Shown here: one piece after another, positions 1 through 10,572 of the stretch
Numbering within the stretch: position 1 is the stretch's first letter
Layout: each line of letters begins with the position of its first letter
NCBI GenBank assembly: GCA_963805975.1
Contig: CAWDVR010000001.1
Coordinates: 1,216,001-1,280,000 of the forward strand
Source: an uncultured Acidobacteriota bacterium
GTDB taxonomy: Bacteria; Acidobacteriota; Thermoanaerobaculia; Multivoradales; SZUA-115
Length of the DNA: 64,000 nucleotides
Direction: 5' to 3'
Translations under genes and position numbers: made by a program
Notes under the pieces: generated by a model
The model's input: only the letters and a program-made list of their open reading frames with translations
The model's database searches: none
Told to the model about the DNA's origin: nothing

Positions 1-1406
1 CCTTTCGGCTCGGCATCCTGTCGGCCAAGAGCATCTTCGACCTCAATCTCGACGCCGACGCCACGGTCAGCGAGTCCACCTCGCGCACCAGCCGCTCGCT
101 CGAGGGCGCGGACGTGCTCACCAGCGAGCGCCTGTCCTTCAACCTCGGCCTCGCGCAGCTCACGCCGCTCGGCGGCGTCTTCACTCTCAACTGGGACAAC
201 AACCGTTCCGAGAACAACGACGTCTTCGCCACCTTCAACCCGTCGTTCGGCGTCGGCACCGGTGTCAGCTATCGCCAGCCGCTGCTGCGCAACTTCGGCG
301 TCGAGGCCACGACGCGCGACCTGATCGTCGCCAGAAACGCCCTCAACATCAGCCTCGAGGCCTTCGAGCAGTCGGTGGCGGACACCATCCAGCAGGTGGA
401 GAACGCCTACTGGGACCTGGTGGAAGCGCAGGAGAGGCTGCGGGTCGCCGAGGAGAGCCTGGGGCTCGCCGAGGAGCTGCACCGCAGGAACCGCGTGCAG
501 GTCGATGTCGGCACCCTGCCGCCGCTCGAGCTGGTAAGGAGCGAGGCCAACGTCGCCACCCGCCAGGAGGACATCATCACCTCGCGCACCGCGGTCGGCA
601 ACGCCAACGACCGCCTGCGCCTGCTGCTCAACATCGACCAGGGCGAGGCCTGGGACGCCGAGATCATCCCCGAGACCAACCCGCGCACCCAGGCCATCCA
701 GATCGACGTCGCCCAGGCCATCCGGACCGCGCTCGCCGAGCGCCCGGAGATCGAGCGCCAGCGCCTGACGCTCAACCGCCTGGAGCTCGATGCGCGCCTC
801 AGCAAGCGCGAGACCCTGCCGCTCCTCGACGTCACCGTGGGCTACGGCCTGTCCGGCAGCGCCGGCGACCTGCGCGACGTCGATCCGCAGGACCCCACGC
901 CCAGCCCGATCATCATCTCGTCGACCGACTACTTCGACGCCCTCGACCAGCTCCTGGACGGCGATCTGAACGGCTGGAGCGTGACCTTCAACTTCGCCTA
1001 CCCGTTGCAGAACCGTGCCGCCCGCGCCGCCGCTGCCACCGCCCAGGTCAACCTCGACAGCGGCCAGGCCGAGCTGCGCCAGGTGGAGCAGCAGGTGGTC
1101 ACCGAGGTGCGGACCGCTTCGCGCCAGGTGCTGGCGGCGGCGCAGCAGATCGAGTCGGCCGGCGTCTCCCGGCGCCTCCAGGAGAGAAACCTCGAAGCCG
1201 AGCAGAAGCGCTACGAGAACGGCATGTCGACCAGCTTCGAGGTGACGCAGATCCAGGAGGATCTGAACGCGGCCAAGAGCCGCGAGGTGCAGGCCGTGGC
1301 CTCGTACCGCCGGGCGCTGACCGAGTTCTATCGCTCGATCGGCCAGTTGCTGGAGGAGAACGGCGTCGAGCTCGCGGATCCGGCGGGGGAAGCGCCGACG
1401 CGCTAG
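1..1406 (+). CDS. TolC family outer membrane efflux protein (5' end outside window)
   Basis: OEP-like repeats (VENAYWDL..., EQKRYENGMST...); first gene of an efflux cluster; frame is open back to the window start. Confidence 0.85.
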   Translation, partial: FRLGILSAKSIFDLNLDADATVSESTSRTSRSLEGADVLTSERLSFNLGLAQLTPLGGVFTLNWDNNRSENNDVFATFNPSFGVGTGVSYRQPLLRNFGVEATTRDLIVARNALNISLEAFEQSVADTIQQVENAYWDLVEAQERLRVAEESLGLAEELHRRNRVQVDVGTLPPLELVRSEANVATRQEDIITSRTAVGNANDRLRLLLNIDQGEAWDAEIIPETNPRTQAIQIDVAQAIRTALAERPEIERQRLTLNRLELDARLSKRETLPLLDVTVGYGLSGSAGDLRDVDPQDPTPSPIIISSTDYFDALDQLLDGDLNGWSVTFNFAYPLQNRAARAAAATAQVNLDSGQAELRQVEQQVVTEVRTASRQVLAAAQQIESAGVSRRLQERNLEAEQKRYENGMSTSFEVTQIQEDLNAAKSREVQAVASYRRALTEFYRSIGQLLEENGVELADPAGEAPTR

Positions 1407-1470
1407 GCGGACTAGAGTCGGCCCGCGGGCCGTATCCGTCTCGTCTGCTCGTTCTTATCGGGAGAGAAGC

Positions 1471-2736
1471 GTGAAGAAAGTCTTGCTGGCGCTGGCGATC
1501 GTCCTCGTCCTGGCGGCCGCCGTGCTGGTGGCCGTCTTCGTCACCGTGGGTGGCGCCAAGAAGGGCAAGCAGATCTACGCCGACCCGGTCGTGAGGCGCG
1601 ACCTGGTCGAGCTGGTCAAGGCCAGCGGCGAGGTCAATGCCCGGGTCAAGGTCAACATCTCCTCGCATCTGATCGGCAAGATCGAGAAGCTCTACGTCAA
1701 GGAAGGCGACGAGATCGCCGCCGGCAAGCCGTTTCTCGAGCTCGAGAAAGAGGCCTTCGTCGCCGCCCGCGACGACTGGTCCTCGCGTCTCGAGATGGCG
1801 AGGAACGAGGTCGCGCAGGCGAAGATCAACCTCGCCGACAGCGACCTCAAGGTGGAGCGGGCGCGCCGGCTGACCGGCGAGGGCATCCTGACCAAAGAGC
1901 AGTTGGAAGCCGCCGAGCTGGCCTTCGCGTCCGCCCGCCTCCGGCAGACCGCTGCCGAGGAGCAGGTGGTGCAGGCGCGGGCCAACCTCGTCAAGGCGCA
2001 GGACGACCTCGCCAAGACCACGCTCTTCGCACCGCTCTCCGGCCGCGTGGTGAGCCTCAACGCCGAGGAGGGCGAGGTGGTGGTCTCCGGCACCATGAAC
2101 AACGCCGCCTCGGTGATCGGCACCATCGCCGATCTCTCCGAGATCCTGGCCGAGGTGGACGTCGACGAGACGGAGATCGTTCACGTGCGGGTGGGCCAGA
2201 GCGCGACGCTCAGCGTGGATGCGCTGCCCGACCGCACCTTCGCCGGCCGCGTCATGGAGCTCGGCAGCTCGGGCTTCAACCGCCCCCAGCAGCCGGACGT
2301 CACTTTCTTCCGCGTCAAGCTGCTCTTCGAGGCCCCGGACATCGAGCTGCGACCGGGCATGTCGGTGCGCGCCAACATCGAAACCGCAGGAAAGAAGGAC
2401 GTGCCCGTGGTCCCCATCCAGGCCGTGGTGCGGCGCCCCCCGCCGGGGCAAGAGGGGGCCGAGACCGGCGCGCGCGGCACCGCAGGGCGCGAGGCGGAGG
2501 AGATCGAGGTGGTGTTCGTGATCACCGGCGGTAAGGCTGTGCAGCGGGCGGTCGAGACCGGCCTCGCCGACGAGACCGACGTCGAGATCACCTCCGGCCT
2601 CGCCGACGGCGACCAGGTGGTGAGCGGCCCCTACCGCATGCTCAAGGACCTCAAGGACGGGGACGCGGTGACCATCGACGAGCGCCAGGACGAAGACGAC
2701 AAGGACGGCGCAGACAGCAAGGACGGGAAAGACTGA
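1471..2736 (+). CDS. Efflux periplasmic adaptor subunit (MacA/HlyD-like)
   Basis: N-terminal TM segment, lipoyl-like VKEGD and APLSGRV motifs, coiled coil, LRPGMS motif. Confidence 0.9.
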   Translation: MKKVLLALAIVLVLAAAVLVAVFVTVGGAKKGKQIYADPVVRRDLVELVKASGEVNARVKVNISSHLIGKIEKLYVKEGDEIAAGKPFLELEKEAFVAARDDWSSRLEMARNEVAQAKINLADSDLKVERARRLTGEGILTKEQLEAAELAFASARLRQTAAEEQVVQARANLVKAQDDLAKTTLFAPLSGRVVSLNAEEGEVVVSGTMNNAASVIGTIADLSEILAEVDVDETEIVHVRVGQSATLSVDALPDRTFAGRVMELGSSGFNRPQQPDVTFFRVKLLFEAPDIELRPGMSVRANIETAGKKDVPVVPIQAVVRRPPPGQEGAETGARGTAGREAEEIEVVFVITGGKAVQRAVETGLADETDVEITSGLADGDQVVSGPYRMLKDLKDGDAVTIDERQDEDDKDGADSKDGKD

Positions 2737-3419
2737 TGGCACTGATCGAGCTCGCCGACGTCCACAAGGTGTACGACATGGGTGCCGTCCAGGTGCGCGC
2801 GTTGAATGGCGTCAGCCTCCAGATCGAGCGTGGCGAGTACCTGGCCATCATGGGCTCCTCGGGTAGCGGCAAGTCGACGCTCATGAACCTGCTCGGCTGC
2901 CTCGACACCCCGAGCTCCGGCAGCTACCGGCTGAACGACACCGCCGTGCAGGGCCTCTCGGACACCCAGCTCGCGGCGATCCGCAACAAGGAGATCGGTT
3001 TCGTCTTCCAGACCTTCAACCTGCTGGCGCGGACCAGCGCGCTCCACAACGTCGAGCTGCCGCTGATCTACGCCGGCGTGGCGCGAGGGGAGCGGCGGCA
3101 GCGCGCCGGCGAGGCCCTGGAACGGGTCGGCCTCAAGGACCGCATGCACCACCAGCCGAACGAGCTCTCGGGCGGCCAGCGGCAGCGGGTGGCGATCGCC
3201 AGGGCGCTGGTCAACCGGCCTTCGATCCTCCTCGCCGACGAGCCTACCGGCAACCTCGACTCGGCCACCTCGGCCGAGATCATGGAGCTCTTCAGGGGGC
3301 TGCACGACCAGGGCAATACCGTCATCCTGGTGACCCACGAATCCGAAATCGCCGCTCACACCCAGCGCCAGGTGGTGCTCAAAGATGGGCGCGTGGTGAG
3401 CGACCAGCGCGCTGGCTGA
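2736..3419 (+). CDS. ABC transporter ATP-binding protein (MacB/LolD-like)
   Basis: Walker [19 protein letters not shown] signature, ADEPTGNLD. Confidence 0.95.
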   Translation: MALIELADVHKVYDMGAVQVRALNGVSLQIERGEYLAIMGSSGSGKSTLMNLLGCLDTPSSGSYRLNDTAVQGLSDTQLAAIRNKEIGFVFQTFNLLARTSALHNVELPLIYAGVARGERRQRAGEALERVGLKDRMHHQPNELSGGQRQRVAIARALVNRPSILLADEPTGNLDSATSAEIMELFRGLHDQGNTVILVTHESEIAAHTQRQVVLKDGRVVSDQRAG

Positions 3420-3425
3420 GGCGAC

Positions 3426-4655
3426 ATGCTGCTCTTCGAGAACCTGGCCATCGCCTGGCGCTCCCTGCGCGCCAACCTGATGCGCTCGATCCTCACCATT
3501 CTCGGCATCATCATCGGCACCGCGGCGGTGATCGCCGTGGTGTCGATCGTCCAGGGCCTGCAGTTCATGATCGTGGGCCAGTTGCAGGGCGTCGGGGCCA
3601 CCTATGTGATGGTGATGCCGATGCAGCAGCGCAACGATCCCGGCATGGTCGCCAAGCAGGTGAAGCTGACCTGGGAGGACGGCCAGGCGATCCTCGAGAA
3701 GGTGCCGGGCATCCACGCCATGACGCCGATGATCGCCGGCAGCCTGCAACTGAAGTACCTCGACCGCCAGCACTCCGCGATGATCATCGGTTGCCTGGAC
3801 AACTACCCCGAGGTCAACAACCACACCGTGGACGTCGGACGGTTCTTCTCCCGCTTCGACGTCGAGCACCGCCGCAAGGTGATCGTCGTCGGCCGCGAGG
3901 TGGTGGAGGAGCTGCGGCTCGGCTCGGAGCCCATCGGCAAGGAGATCTACGTCGGCAACCTGCGCGCCACGGTGATCGGAGTGATGGAGGAGCGCGGCCA
4001 GACCCTGGGACAGAACGTGGACGATCTCGCCCTGGTTCCCTACGACACGGCCCTCGCGCTCTTCGGCCGCCGGGCCGGCGACCAGATCCAGCTCCGCCTC
4101 AAGGCCGATAACGTCGCGGTGCTGGATCGCGTCCAGGAGGGAATCAAGCAGCTCCTGCGGCAGCGGCACAAGATCCCCGAGGGTGAGGACGACGACTTCC
4201 AGGTGCTGGTGCAGGACCAGATCCTGTCGGTGGTGAGCTCCGTGCTGGGCGGCATCACCGCCGTGGTCGGCGCCATCGTCGGCGTGGCCCTGCTGGTGGG
4301 CGGCATCGGGATCATGAACATCATGCTGGTCTCGGTCACCGAGCGCACGCGGGAGATCGGAGTGCGCAAGTCGGTAGGCGGCCGCAGGCGCGACATTCTG
4401 ATCCAGTTCCTGATCGAGGCCGTGACCCTGTCGCTCGTCGGCGGCGCCCTCGGCGTGGTGCTCGGCTACGGCTTCGGGGTGGCCGCGGTGGCGCTCCTGT
4501 CGCTCACCGGCATCGATTTTCCTCCCGCTCACGTGCCGCTCTGGGCCGTGCTCCTCGCCTTCGGCACCTCGAGCCTGGTGGGCGTGGCCTTTGGCATCTA
4601 TCCGGCCGGCAAGGCCGCACGGCTGGACCCCATCGAAGCCCTGCGCTACGAGTAG
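3426..4655 (+). CDS. ABC transporter permease (MacB/FtsX family)
   Basis: RSILTILGIIIG, GGIGIMNIMLVSVTERTREIG and AARLDPIEALRYE motifs. Confidence 0.95.
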   Translation: MLLFENLAIAWRSLRANLMRSILTILGIIIGTAAVIAVVSIVQGLQFMIVGQLQGVGATYVMVMPMQQRNDPGMVAKQVKLTWEDGQAILEKVPGIHAMTPMIAGSLQLKYLDRQHSAMIIGCLDNYPEVNNHTVDVGRFFSRFDVEHRRKVIVVGREVVEELRLGSEPIGKEIYVGNLRATVIGVMEERGQTLGQNVDDLALVPYDTALALFGRRAGDQIQLRLKADNVAVLDRVQEGIKQLLRQRHKIPEGEDDDFQVLVQDQILSVVSSVLGGITAVVGAIVGVALLVGGIGIMNIMLVSVTERTREIGVRKSVGGRRRDILIQFLIEAVTLSLVGGALGVVLGYGFGVAAVALLSLTGIDFPPAHVPLWAVLLAFGTSSLVGVAFGIYPAGKAARLDPIEALRYE

Positions 4656-4737
4656 CCGCTCGCTCGCGGCGTTCTGTCCCGTTCAGCGGGCGTGGTAGCA
4701 TTCTTCACGCGAACACGCGATCCCTCGGAGGTTTCCG

Positions 4738-6603
4738 ATGCGCTCTCCCCGGCCCTTAGAGCCCGCAGCCACGAGCTTGTCCACGACGGAGAGACCCGGT
4801 AGCGACCGTGCGCTGCTGGGCCGCGCGGCGCGTTTCTGGATCGTGGCCTTCGCCGCCTGCATGGTCGTGCTGCCTCTGGTGCTCAGCGTCTACGCCGGCT
4901 CGTTCACCCCCAACGGCACACAGCCGCCGCTCGCGCACGCCATCATCGAGCCCGGGATCTGCGAGAGCTGCCACGGAGACTTCAACGAGGGTGCCAACAT
5001 CGAGCCCTATCCCACCTGGGCGGGCTCGATGATGGCCAACTCCTCCCGCGACCCGCTGTTCTGGGCGGCGCTCGACGTCGCCAACCACGACATTCCCAAC
5101 GTCGGCGCCTTCTGCCTGCGCTGCCACGTGTCGTCCGGCTACCTGGCGGGCCGCACCGAGGCGCCAGGCGGCACGCCGGACGGCTGCGCGCTCGAAGGCA
5201 ACATCGACCAGCCGGACAACGACTTCGAGGGCGTCTCCTGCCACCTCTGCCACCGCATGATGGTCAACCCCAGCCCGCCGGTAGGCCAGCAGGGGGTCTA
5301 CACCGAGAACGCGCAGTACTGGCTCGACGACGCGGACTGCCCGAACGGCACCGGCTCGGGCCCCTGCCGTCGCGGCCCGTACAACTACCCCGGTGGGGGC
5401 CCCATCCCGCCGCCCCACGAGTGGGCGTTCTCGCAGTACCACGTCGACTCGACGATCTGCGGCAACTGTCACAACGTCACCAGCCCGGCCCAGACCCTGA
5501 TCAACGAGGCCGGCGTCGACACCGGGGTCCCGTACCCGATCGAACGCACCTACAAGGAGTGGCAGCAGAGCGCGTACGCGGTGGCGGGGGCAGGGTTCAA
5601 GACCTGCCAGAGCTGCCATATGCCGGATGCGACGCAGGTCCCGGCCTTCGCCTGCATCCTCGAGCAGAACAACCGCACCGGTGACATGGCCATCCACCAG
5701 TTCGTGGGCGGCAACACCTGGGTGCCGGCCGTGCTGAGGGAGGAGTACCCGAGCCTGGGGCGCACGGACGAGTACAACGCCACCATCGCCGCCGCCACCA
5801 GCATGCTGCAGGCGAGCGCGCTGGTGGAGGTGACGGCGCCGCCCGTTGCACAGCCCGAGGAAACGATCGAGGTCAGCGTCAAGGTGACCAACCTCGCCGG
5901 CCACAAGCTGCCCACCGGCTACACCGAGGGCCGCCGCATGTGGATCAACGTCGAGGCCCGGGACTCGACGAACCAGCTCGTCTGGCAGAGCGGCGCCTAC
6001 AACGCCGCGACCGGGGTGCTCACCGAGGACGCGCAGCTCAAGCGCTACCACAGCGAGCGCGGCATCTGGAACCACAACGGCACCAGCCAGTGCGACATCG
6101 CGGACACCGGCGGCAACCACTTCTTCCACTTCGTCTTGAACGACTGCATCCTCGGGGACAACCGCATCCCGCCCCTGGGCTTCACCGGCGGTGCCGACCT
6201 CGAAACCAAGCCGGTGGGCTACGCCTACCCGGAAACCACACCCGGGTCCGGCAAGCTGGTGAACTACGACACCACCACCTACCAGATCCCGCTGCCGCCG
6301 CTCACCATCCCACCGGTGACCGTGCAGGCGCGGCTCTACTACCAGATCGCGAGCAAGGACTACATCGAGTTCCTGCGCGACGAGGCGGTGACCTTCAACT
6401 TCCCGAACGACTGCATCCCGCGCACCGGCGGCACGCCGGTGCTGTCGCGCGGCGAGCTGCTCTACGACTTCTGGACCGACAACGGCCGCACGCCGCCGGT
6501 CGCGGTGGCAGTGGCGTCGGACTCGGTGGTGATCGACAACGACGTCTTTGCGAACGGCTTCGAGAGCGGCAACACCAGCGGCTGGACGCTGACCTTCCCC
6601 TAG
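4738..6603 (+). CDS. Exported multiheme (five CxxCH) c-type cytochrome
   Basis: CESCH, CLRCH, CHLCH, CGNCH, CQSCH; N-terminal hydrophobic segment; GHKLPTG motif. Confidence 0.85.
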   Translation: MRSPRPLEPAATSLSTTERPGSDRALLGRAARFWIVAFAACMVVLPLVLSVYAGSFTPNGTQPPLAHAIIEPGICESCHGDFNEGANIEPYPTWAGSMMANSSRDPLFWAALDVANHDIPNVGAFCLRCHVSSGYLAGRTEAPGGTPDGCALEGNIDQPDNDFEGVSCHLCHRMMVNPSPPVGQQGVYTENAQYWLDDADCPNGTGSGPCRRGPYNYPGGGPIPPPHEWAFSQYHVDSTICGNCHNVTSPAQTLINEAGVDTGVPYPIERTYKEWQQSAYAVAGAGFKTCQSCHMPDATQVPAFACILEQNNRTGDMAIHQFVGGNTWVPAVLREEYPSLGRTDEYNATIAAATSMLQASALVEVTAPPVAQPEETIEVSVKVTNLAGHKLPTGYTEGRRMWINVEARDSTNQLVWQSGAYNAATGVLTEDAQLKRYHSERGIWNHNGTSQCDIADTGGNHFFHFVLNDCILGDNRIPPLGFTGGADLETKPVGYAYPETTPGSGKLVNYDTTTYQIPLPPLTIPPVTVQARLYYQIASKDYIEFLRDEAVTFNFPNDCIPRTGGTPVLSRGELLYDFWTDNGRTPPVAVAVASDSVVIDNDVFANGFESGNTSGWTLTFP

Positions 6604-8282
6604 CGCGGCTCGGTCTCCTCGGCGACCTCGTCGTCGGGCCGGCCCGTGCGGCCCAGCCGCACCAGTGGCTCCGCTGACTCCGGCCAATCGTCGACGCGGA
6701 TCTTCGTCGAACCCCGGCGCACCCAGAATCGCGTCCGCTTCACGTAGCCGCGCGAGCGCAGGATCTGGCGCTCCTGCTCGGGCTTCAGGTCCCAGACCTG
6801 AAAAACGAGGTCGGGCTTGTAGGTGTCGAGCGTGTAGAGCAAGTCGCTCTTGGTGTGTCCCGGCAGGTAGTTGCGGTAGGTGTCGCTGGTGATCGACGAG
6901 TTGCCTGGCCGGTGCGCCAGAGTGCGCTCGTTGTAACCCAGCGTATCCACCATCTCCCAGGTGGAGAAGTAGGCCGGGATGCCGGCCCACACCGTGGCCA
7001 CCCGGGCGTCGGCCGCGATCAGCCCGGAACGCTCGAGCCCGAACAGCACCCGGGTGTAGTTGCGATGGTCCAGGACGTGGAGCGGTGCCTCGAGGACCAG
7101 CATCCGGTTCCATGCCGGGCCGGCATCCCGGGCCAGGAGGCCGGTAAAGGTCAGCAGCCCGGCGACCGTCAGGGTCACCTGGACCAGCCGCCGTTGGAGC
7201 GGATCGCGTCGCGCCCACGCCGGGGAGGCGAGCCACTGGTTGGAGAGCGCGTTGCCCAGCACGAACACCATGGGCATGACAAAGCAGACGAAGCGGTTGG
7301 ACCCCAGGCTGGCGACCTCCCAGACATCGCCACCCACCCAGATCGAATAGGCGAAGGCGAGCAGGGCGACCGCAGCGGGCAGCAGCAGGCGCGGACGGGC
7401 ACGGGCACGGAGAGCCACGCCGCACCCGATGGCCAACAGCACGAAGAACACCGGGCGCAGAAAGAAGGTGAACGTCCACAAGCCGCGCAGGAGGCGCGCG
7501 TCGAGCGGCACTCCGACCATCTTCAAGTAGTAGGTGTTCGGCAGCAGCTCGTGGAAGTAAACCCAGCGGAAGATGCCGTAGCCCACGAGCGCCACCGCCA
7601 GCGGCAGCAGCAGGGCGAGCCAGCCCCGGCGATCCGCGATCGCGGTCACCCCGTCCCGGCGCCGGAACAGCAGGTAGGCCACGCAAGCCAGGGGCAGGAG
7701 AAGCATGTCCATGCGCAGCAGATAGGCGAGGCCCAGGACCAGTCCGAGGCTCCACTCGCGCCGAGACCCGAGCTCGGTGATATCGAGTGTCAGCAGCACC
7801 GCCATGGTCACCAACCAGGCCTGGAGAGCCGACTCCATTCCCTGGAGAGCCCAGTGGTTCAACGGGTAGTAGAACGCCGTGAGCAGCGCGGCAGGCAGCC
7901 AGCCGCCGACCCCCGAGCCCTCGAAGTGGCGCTGCATCAGCCTGCGGACGGCGAGCACGTTGGCGACCAGGAATCCCAGCGAGACGAGCTGCACGACCAG
8001 GCTCGTCTGCAGGGGACCGACCGGCAGCAGGTGGGCCCCCAGCATGGGAAGGAGCCAGAGCGGATGGGTGAAGCCCTCGACCGGTTCGCCGAACCGGGCC
8101 CAGTTCAGACCGTACCCGGCGAGCAGGTTACGGGCATAGGTCATAGAGATCATGGCGTCGTCGAACAGGCAGAAGGCGCGCTGCCCCAGGGCGACGAACG
8201 AGGTGCGCCAGATGAACCAGCCGCTCCAGAGGACCTGGGCGGTGAGCAAGAGGCTCAGGGGATGGAGGATGCGCTTGCGCAA
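6600..8282 (-). CDS. Multi-pass membrane glycosyltransferase (GT-C fold, AftB/ArnT-like)
   Basis: DDAMISMTYARN, GEPVEGFT, LPNTYYLK motifs; many TM helices; start re-placed at TTG 8282 because the longer ORF overlaps a tRNA. Confidence 0.7.
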   Translation of the reverse strand: MRKRILHPLSLLLTAQVLWSGWFIWRTSFVALGQRAFCLFDDAMISMTYARNLLAGYGLNWARFGEPVEGFTHPLWLLPMLGAHLLPVGPLQTSLVVQLVSLGFLVANVLAVRRLMQRHFEGSGVGGWLPAALLTAFYYPLNHWALQGMESALQAWLVTMAVLLTLDITELGSRREWSLGLVLGLAYLLRMDMLLLPLACVAYLLFRRRDGVTAIADRRGWLALLLPLAVALVGYGIFRWVYFHELLPNTYYLKMVGVPLDARLLRGLWTFTFFLRPVFFVLLAIGCGVALRARARPRLLLPAAVALLAFAYSIWVGGDVWEVASLGSNRFVCFVMPMVFVLGNALSNQWLASPAWARRDPLQRRLVQVTLTVAGLLTFTGLLARDAGPAWNRMLVLEAPLHVLDHRNYTRVLFGLERSGLIAADARVATVWAGIPAYFSTWEMVDTLGYNERTLAHRPGNSSITSDTYRNYLPGHTKSDLLYTLDTYKPDLVFQVWDLKPEQERQILRSRGYVKRTRFWVRRGSTKIRVDDWPESAEPLVRLGRTGRPDDEVAEETEPR

Positions 8283-8296
8283 GAGATCGAGACGGC

Positions 8297-8384
8297 TGGT
8301 GCCGGAGGCGGGACTCGAACCCGCAAGCCCGCGAGGGGCGGAGGATTTTGAGTCCTCTGCGTCTGCCAATTCCGCCACTCCGGC
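8297..8384 (-). tRNA. tRNA-Leu(CAA)
   Basis: GCCGGAG acceptor stem, anticodon arm GAGGA-CTCAAAA-TCCTC, long variable arm, GGTTCGAGTCC, CCA end. Confidence 0.97.
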
Positions 8385-8408
8385 GTAGGGCGAGGGCGTG
8401 GAGGCCGA

Positions 8409-8479
8409 AGCGTAGAGGACGCGCCTCCGAGCTGTCAACGGTGCAAGGGGTTGACGAAGAGGCTCCGATAGTGTATCCT
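8409..8479. promoter_or_regulatory. Divergent sigma70-type promoters for tRNA-Leu (-) and carD (+)
   Basis: + strand TTGACG(8451)-17 bp-TATCCT(8474); - strand TTGACA(8438)-18 bp-TACGCT. Confidence 0.6.
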
Positions 8480-8561
8480 CACAACCCTAAGCGTAAGTCT
8501 GTCATGGACTTACAGCTTCCGTTCCGCCTTTCATCCATCTATTCAAAAGGGGTCTCGCGAC

Positions 8562-9083
8562 GTGTCTTTCAAGGTCGGTCAGAAAGTGGTCTATCCGAAC
8601 CACGGCGTCAGCCTCGTAGAGAAGATCGAGCAGGGCAAGATCGACGGCAACGAACAGATGTACTTCCACCTGCGGCTGCTCTCCAACAACTCGAAGGTGA
8701 TGATCCCCCGCACCAACCTGGATCTCGTGGGCCTGCGCCCGCTCTGCCTCGAGGCGGAGATCAAGGCTCTCTTCGCGATCCTCGAGGACGGGAACATCGA
8801 CACCTACAAGGATTGGAAGGGCCGCTACAAGCAGAACCTGGACAAGATGAAGACCGGCAAGCTGACCGAAGTGGCCGAGGTGTTGAAGAACCTGCGGCTG
8901 GTCAGTCAGAAGAAGAGCCTGTCGTTCCGTGAGAAGAAGATGTTCGAGCGCGCCAAGTACTTCATCGTCAGCGAGGTGGCGCACGTGCGGAACCTCTCGG
9001 AGAGCGACGCCACCAAGCTGGTGGATGCGGCGCTCGACTCCAGTCTCTCGAAGCGCGACCAACGGGCGAAGGCGGCGAGCTAA
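8562..9083 (+). CDS. carD: CarD family RNA polymerase-binding transcription regulator
   Basis: FKVGQKVVYPNHGV N-terminus; DWKGRYK motif with the conserved Trp; LSFREKKMFERA. Confidence 0.92.
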   Translation: MSFKVGQKVVYPNHGVSLVEKIEQGKIDGNEQMYFHLRLLSNNSKVMIPRTNLDLVGLRPLCLEAEIKALFAILEDGNIDTYKDWKGRYKQNLDKMKTGKLTEVAEVLKNLRLVSQKKSLSFREKKMFERAKYFIVSEVAHVRNLSESDATKLVDAALDSSLSKRDQRAKAAS

Positions 9084-9117
9084 GATCGGAGAGGCCGGCG
9101 CGAGCCGGCCTGTAGCC

Positions 9118-9858
9118 ATGCGCCGAGCTCGCGCCGTCTGGGCGCTTCTCACTTTTCTACTCTCAGCCTCCTCGCCGGCGTTCGCCGCCGGTGAGGAGGC
9201 CGCTGCGCTCCGGCGCCAGATCGAGGTCGAGGAGCGCCTGCTGGCCGACGGGCTCGCCGCCTACTCCGACGCCCGGGACCACGAGAAGCCGGCGCTGGCC
9301 GCCCTGGCCGCCGCGGCCACCCGCTTCGACGAGGCCGTGGCCAGTGCCTCGACCACCCCCGAAATGCTCGACCGGCTGGCCGGCGAGCGCGCCGTGGCAC
9401 AGGCTGCGGCGAGCATTCTCACCGCTCGCGCCGAGACTTTGGGGAGGGCGATCGCCGATCAGCTCCGCCGGTCGCGGGCGCTCCGCGGCGAGCTGACCCG
9501 CCTGAGCGCCGCGCAGCCGGCGGGCCGGGATGCCATCACCGGCCGCTGGCGGATCGAGATCAGCGCCCCGGCCGAGACCGGCATCTTCGACCTCAAGCTG
9601 GACGGCGCCCAGGTTGCCGGCACCTTCTCGTTCGCCGGCGGCAAGTCGGGCTCGCTCAAAGGAACGTACGTGGGCGGGCGCCTGCGCCTCGAACGGATCG
9701 ACAGCCAGCGCGGCCTCGACGGCATCTTCGAAGGCAACGTGGACGCGGCGCTCGGCACCGTGCGTGGCTTCTGGAGCCCGTCGATCCTCGCCGACGGTGG
9801 CCCGGGGGGCGCCGGCTGGTCGGGCGTGCGGGTCTCGACCGGCGGCCCTCCCAACTAG
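9118..9858 (+). CDS. Hypothetical exported protein (coiled coil plus Gly-rich beta domain)
   Basis: Signal peptide (...SPAFA) after ATG 9118; codon usage typical of the genome. Confidence 0.65.
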   Translation: MRRARAVWALLTFLLSASSPAFAAGEEAAALRRQIEVEERLLADGLAAYSDARDHEKPALAALAAAATRFDEAVASASTTPEMLDRLAGERAVAQAAASILTARAETLGRAIADQLRRSRALRGELTRLSAAQPAGRDAITGRWRIEISAPAETGIFDLKLDGAQVAGTFSFAGGKSGSLKGTYVGGRLRLERIDSQRGLDGIFEGNVDAALGTVRGFWSPSILADGGPGGAGWSGVRVSTGGPPN

Positions 9859-9879
9859 TCTCGACCGAAGAGGGCCGCC

Positions 9880-10572
9880 GTGAACCGCGACAACGCGCTG
9901 TTCCTGCTCATGGGTATCCTGGTCGGCGTGGTCGCGGCCTATCCGCTGTTCGAGGCCATGTCGGTGCGGCAGCCCGCGTTGCGCGTGCCAGGACCGGCCG
10001 ATGCGGCGGCTTCCGGACCCGTTCCGGGCAGCGCGGGGCCCGGTGGGGGAGCGCCGCCCGTCGAGCAGATCCGCCAGCTCCGCGAGTACGTCGAGGCCAA
10101 TCCCCAGGACGCCGACGCCCTGCTGACCCTCGCGCAGCTCAACATCTCGATCAACGACCTGCTCCGGGCCCGCACCCTCTACGAGCGCTACGTTCAGCTC
10201 CGGCCCGCGGACAGCGCCGGGGCGCTGACTCTCGCCAACCTCTACTTCGACACCCGCGAGTACGCCAAGGCGAGGGACCGCTACCTCGAGGTGCTGGCCA
10301 AGGAGCCGGCCCGGCCCGATGTCCTGACCGATCTCGGCGTCTGCTACCGCAATCTCGGCGACCCACAGCGCGCGGTGGAGATCTTCCGCAAGGCGCGCGA
10401 GCTGCGCCCCGACATGCCCCAGGCGCTCTACAACGAGGCCCTGGTGCTCGCCGTCGACCTGGCCGACTACCCGGCGGCCGACCTCCTGGTGGCGAGGCTC
10501 CGCCAGGTCCAGCCCGGCAACCCTCAGACCGAGGCGCTGGCGAGCGAGATCGAGAGGCGGCGGTCGCGCTGA
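9880..10572 (+). CDS. Membrane-anchored TPR protein
   Basis: N-terminal TM helix followed by TPR repeats (LANLYFD, LGVCYRNLG). Confidence 0.8.
   Translation: MNRDNALFLLMGILVGVVAAYPLFEAMSVRQPALRVPGPADAAASGPVPGSAGPGGGAPPVEQIRQLREYVEANPQDADALLTLAQLNISINDLLRARTLYERYVQLRPADSAGALTLANLYFDTREYAKARDRYLEVLAKEPARPDVLTDLGVCYRNLGDPQRAVEIFRKARELRPDMPQALYNEALVLAVDLADYPAADLLVARLRQVQPGNPQTEALASEIERRRSR

Noticed and set aside
6600-6603. Convergent genes sharing a CTAG stop overlap (also at 38223-38226)
   Set aside because: Common compact arrangement; no sign of IS footprints
8283-8438. N-terminal extension of the 612-aa ORF
   Set aside because: It overlaps tRNA-Leu(CAA) and its promoter
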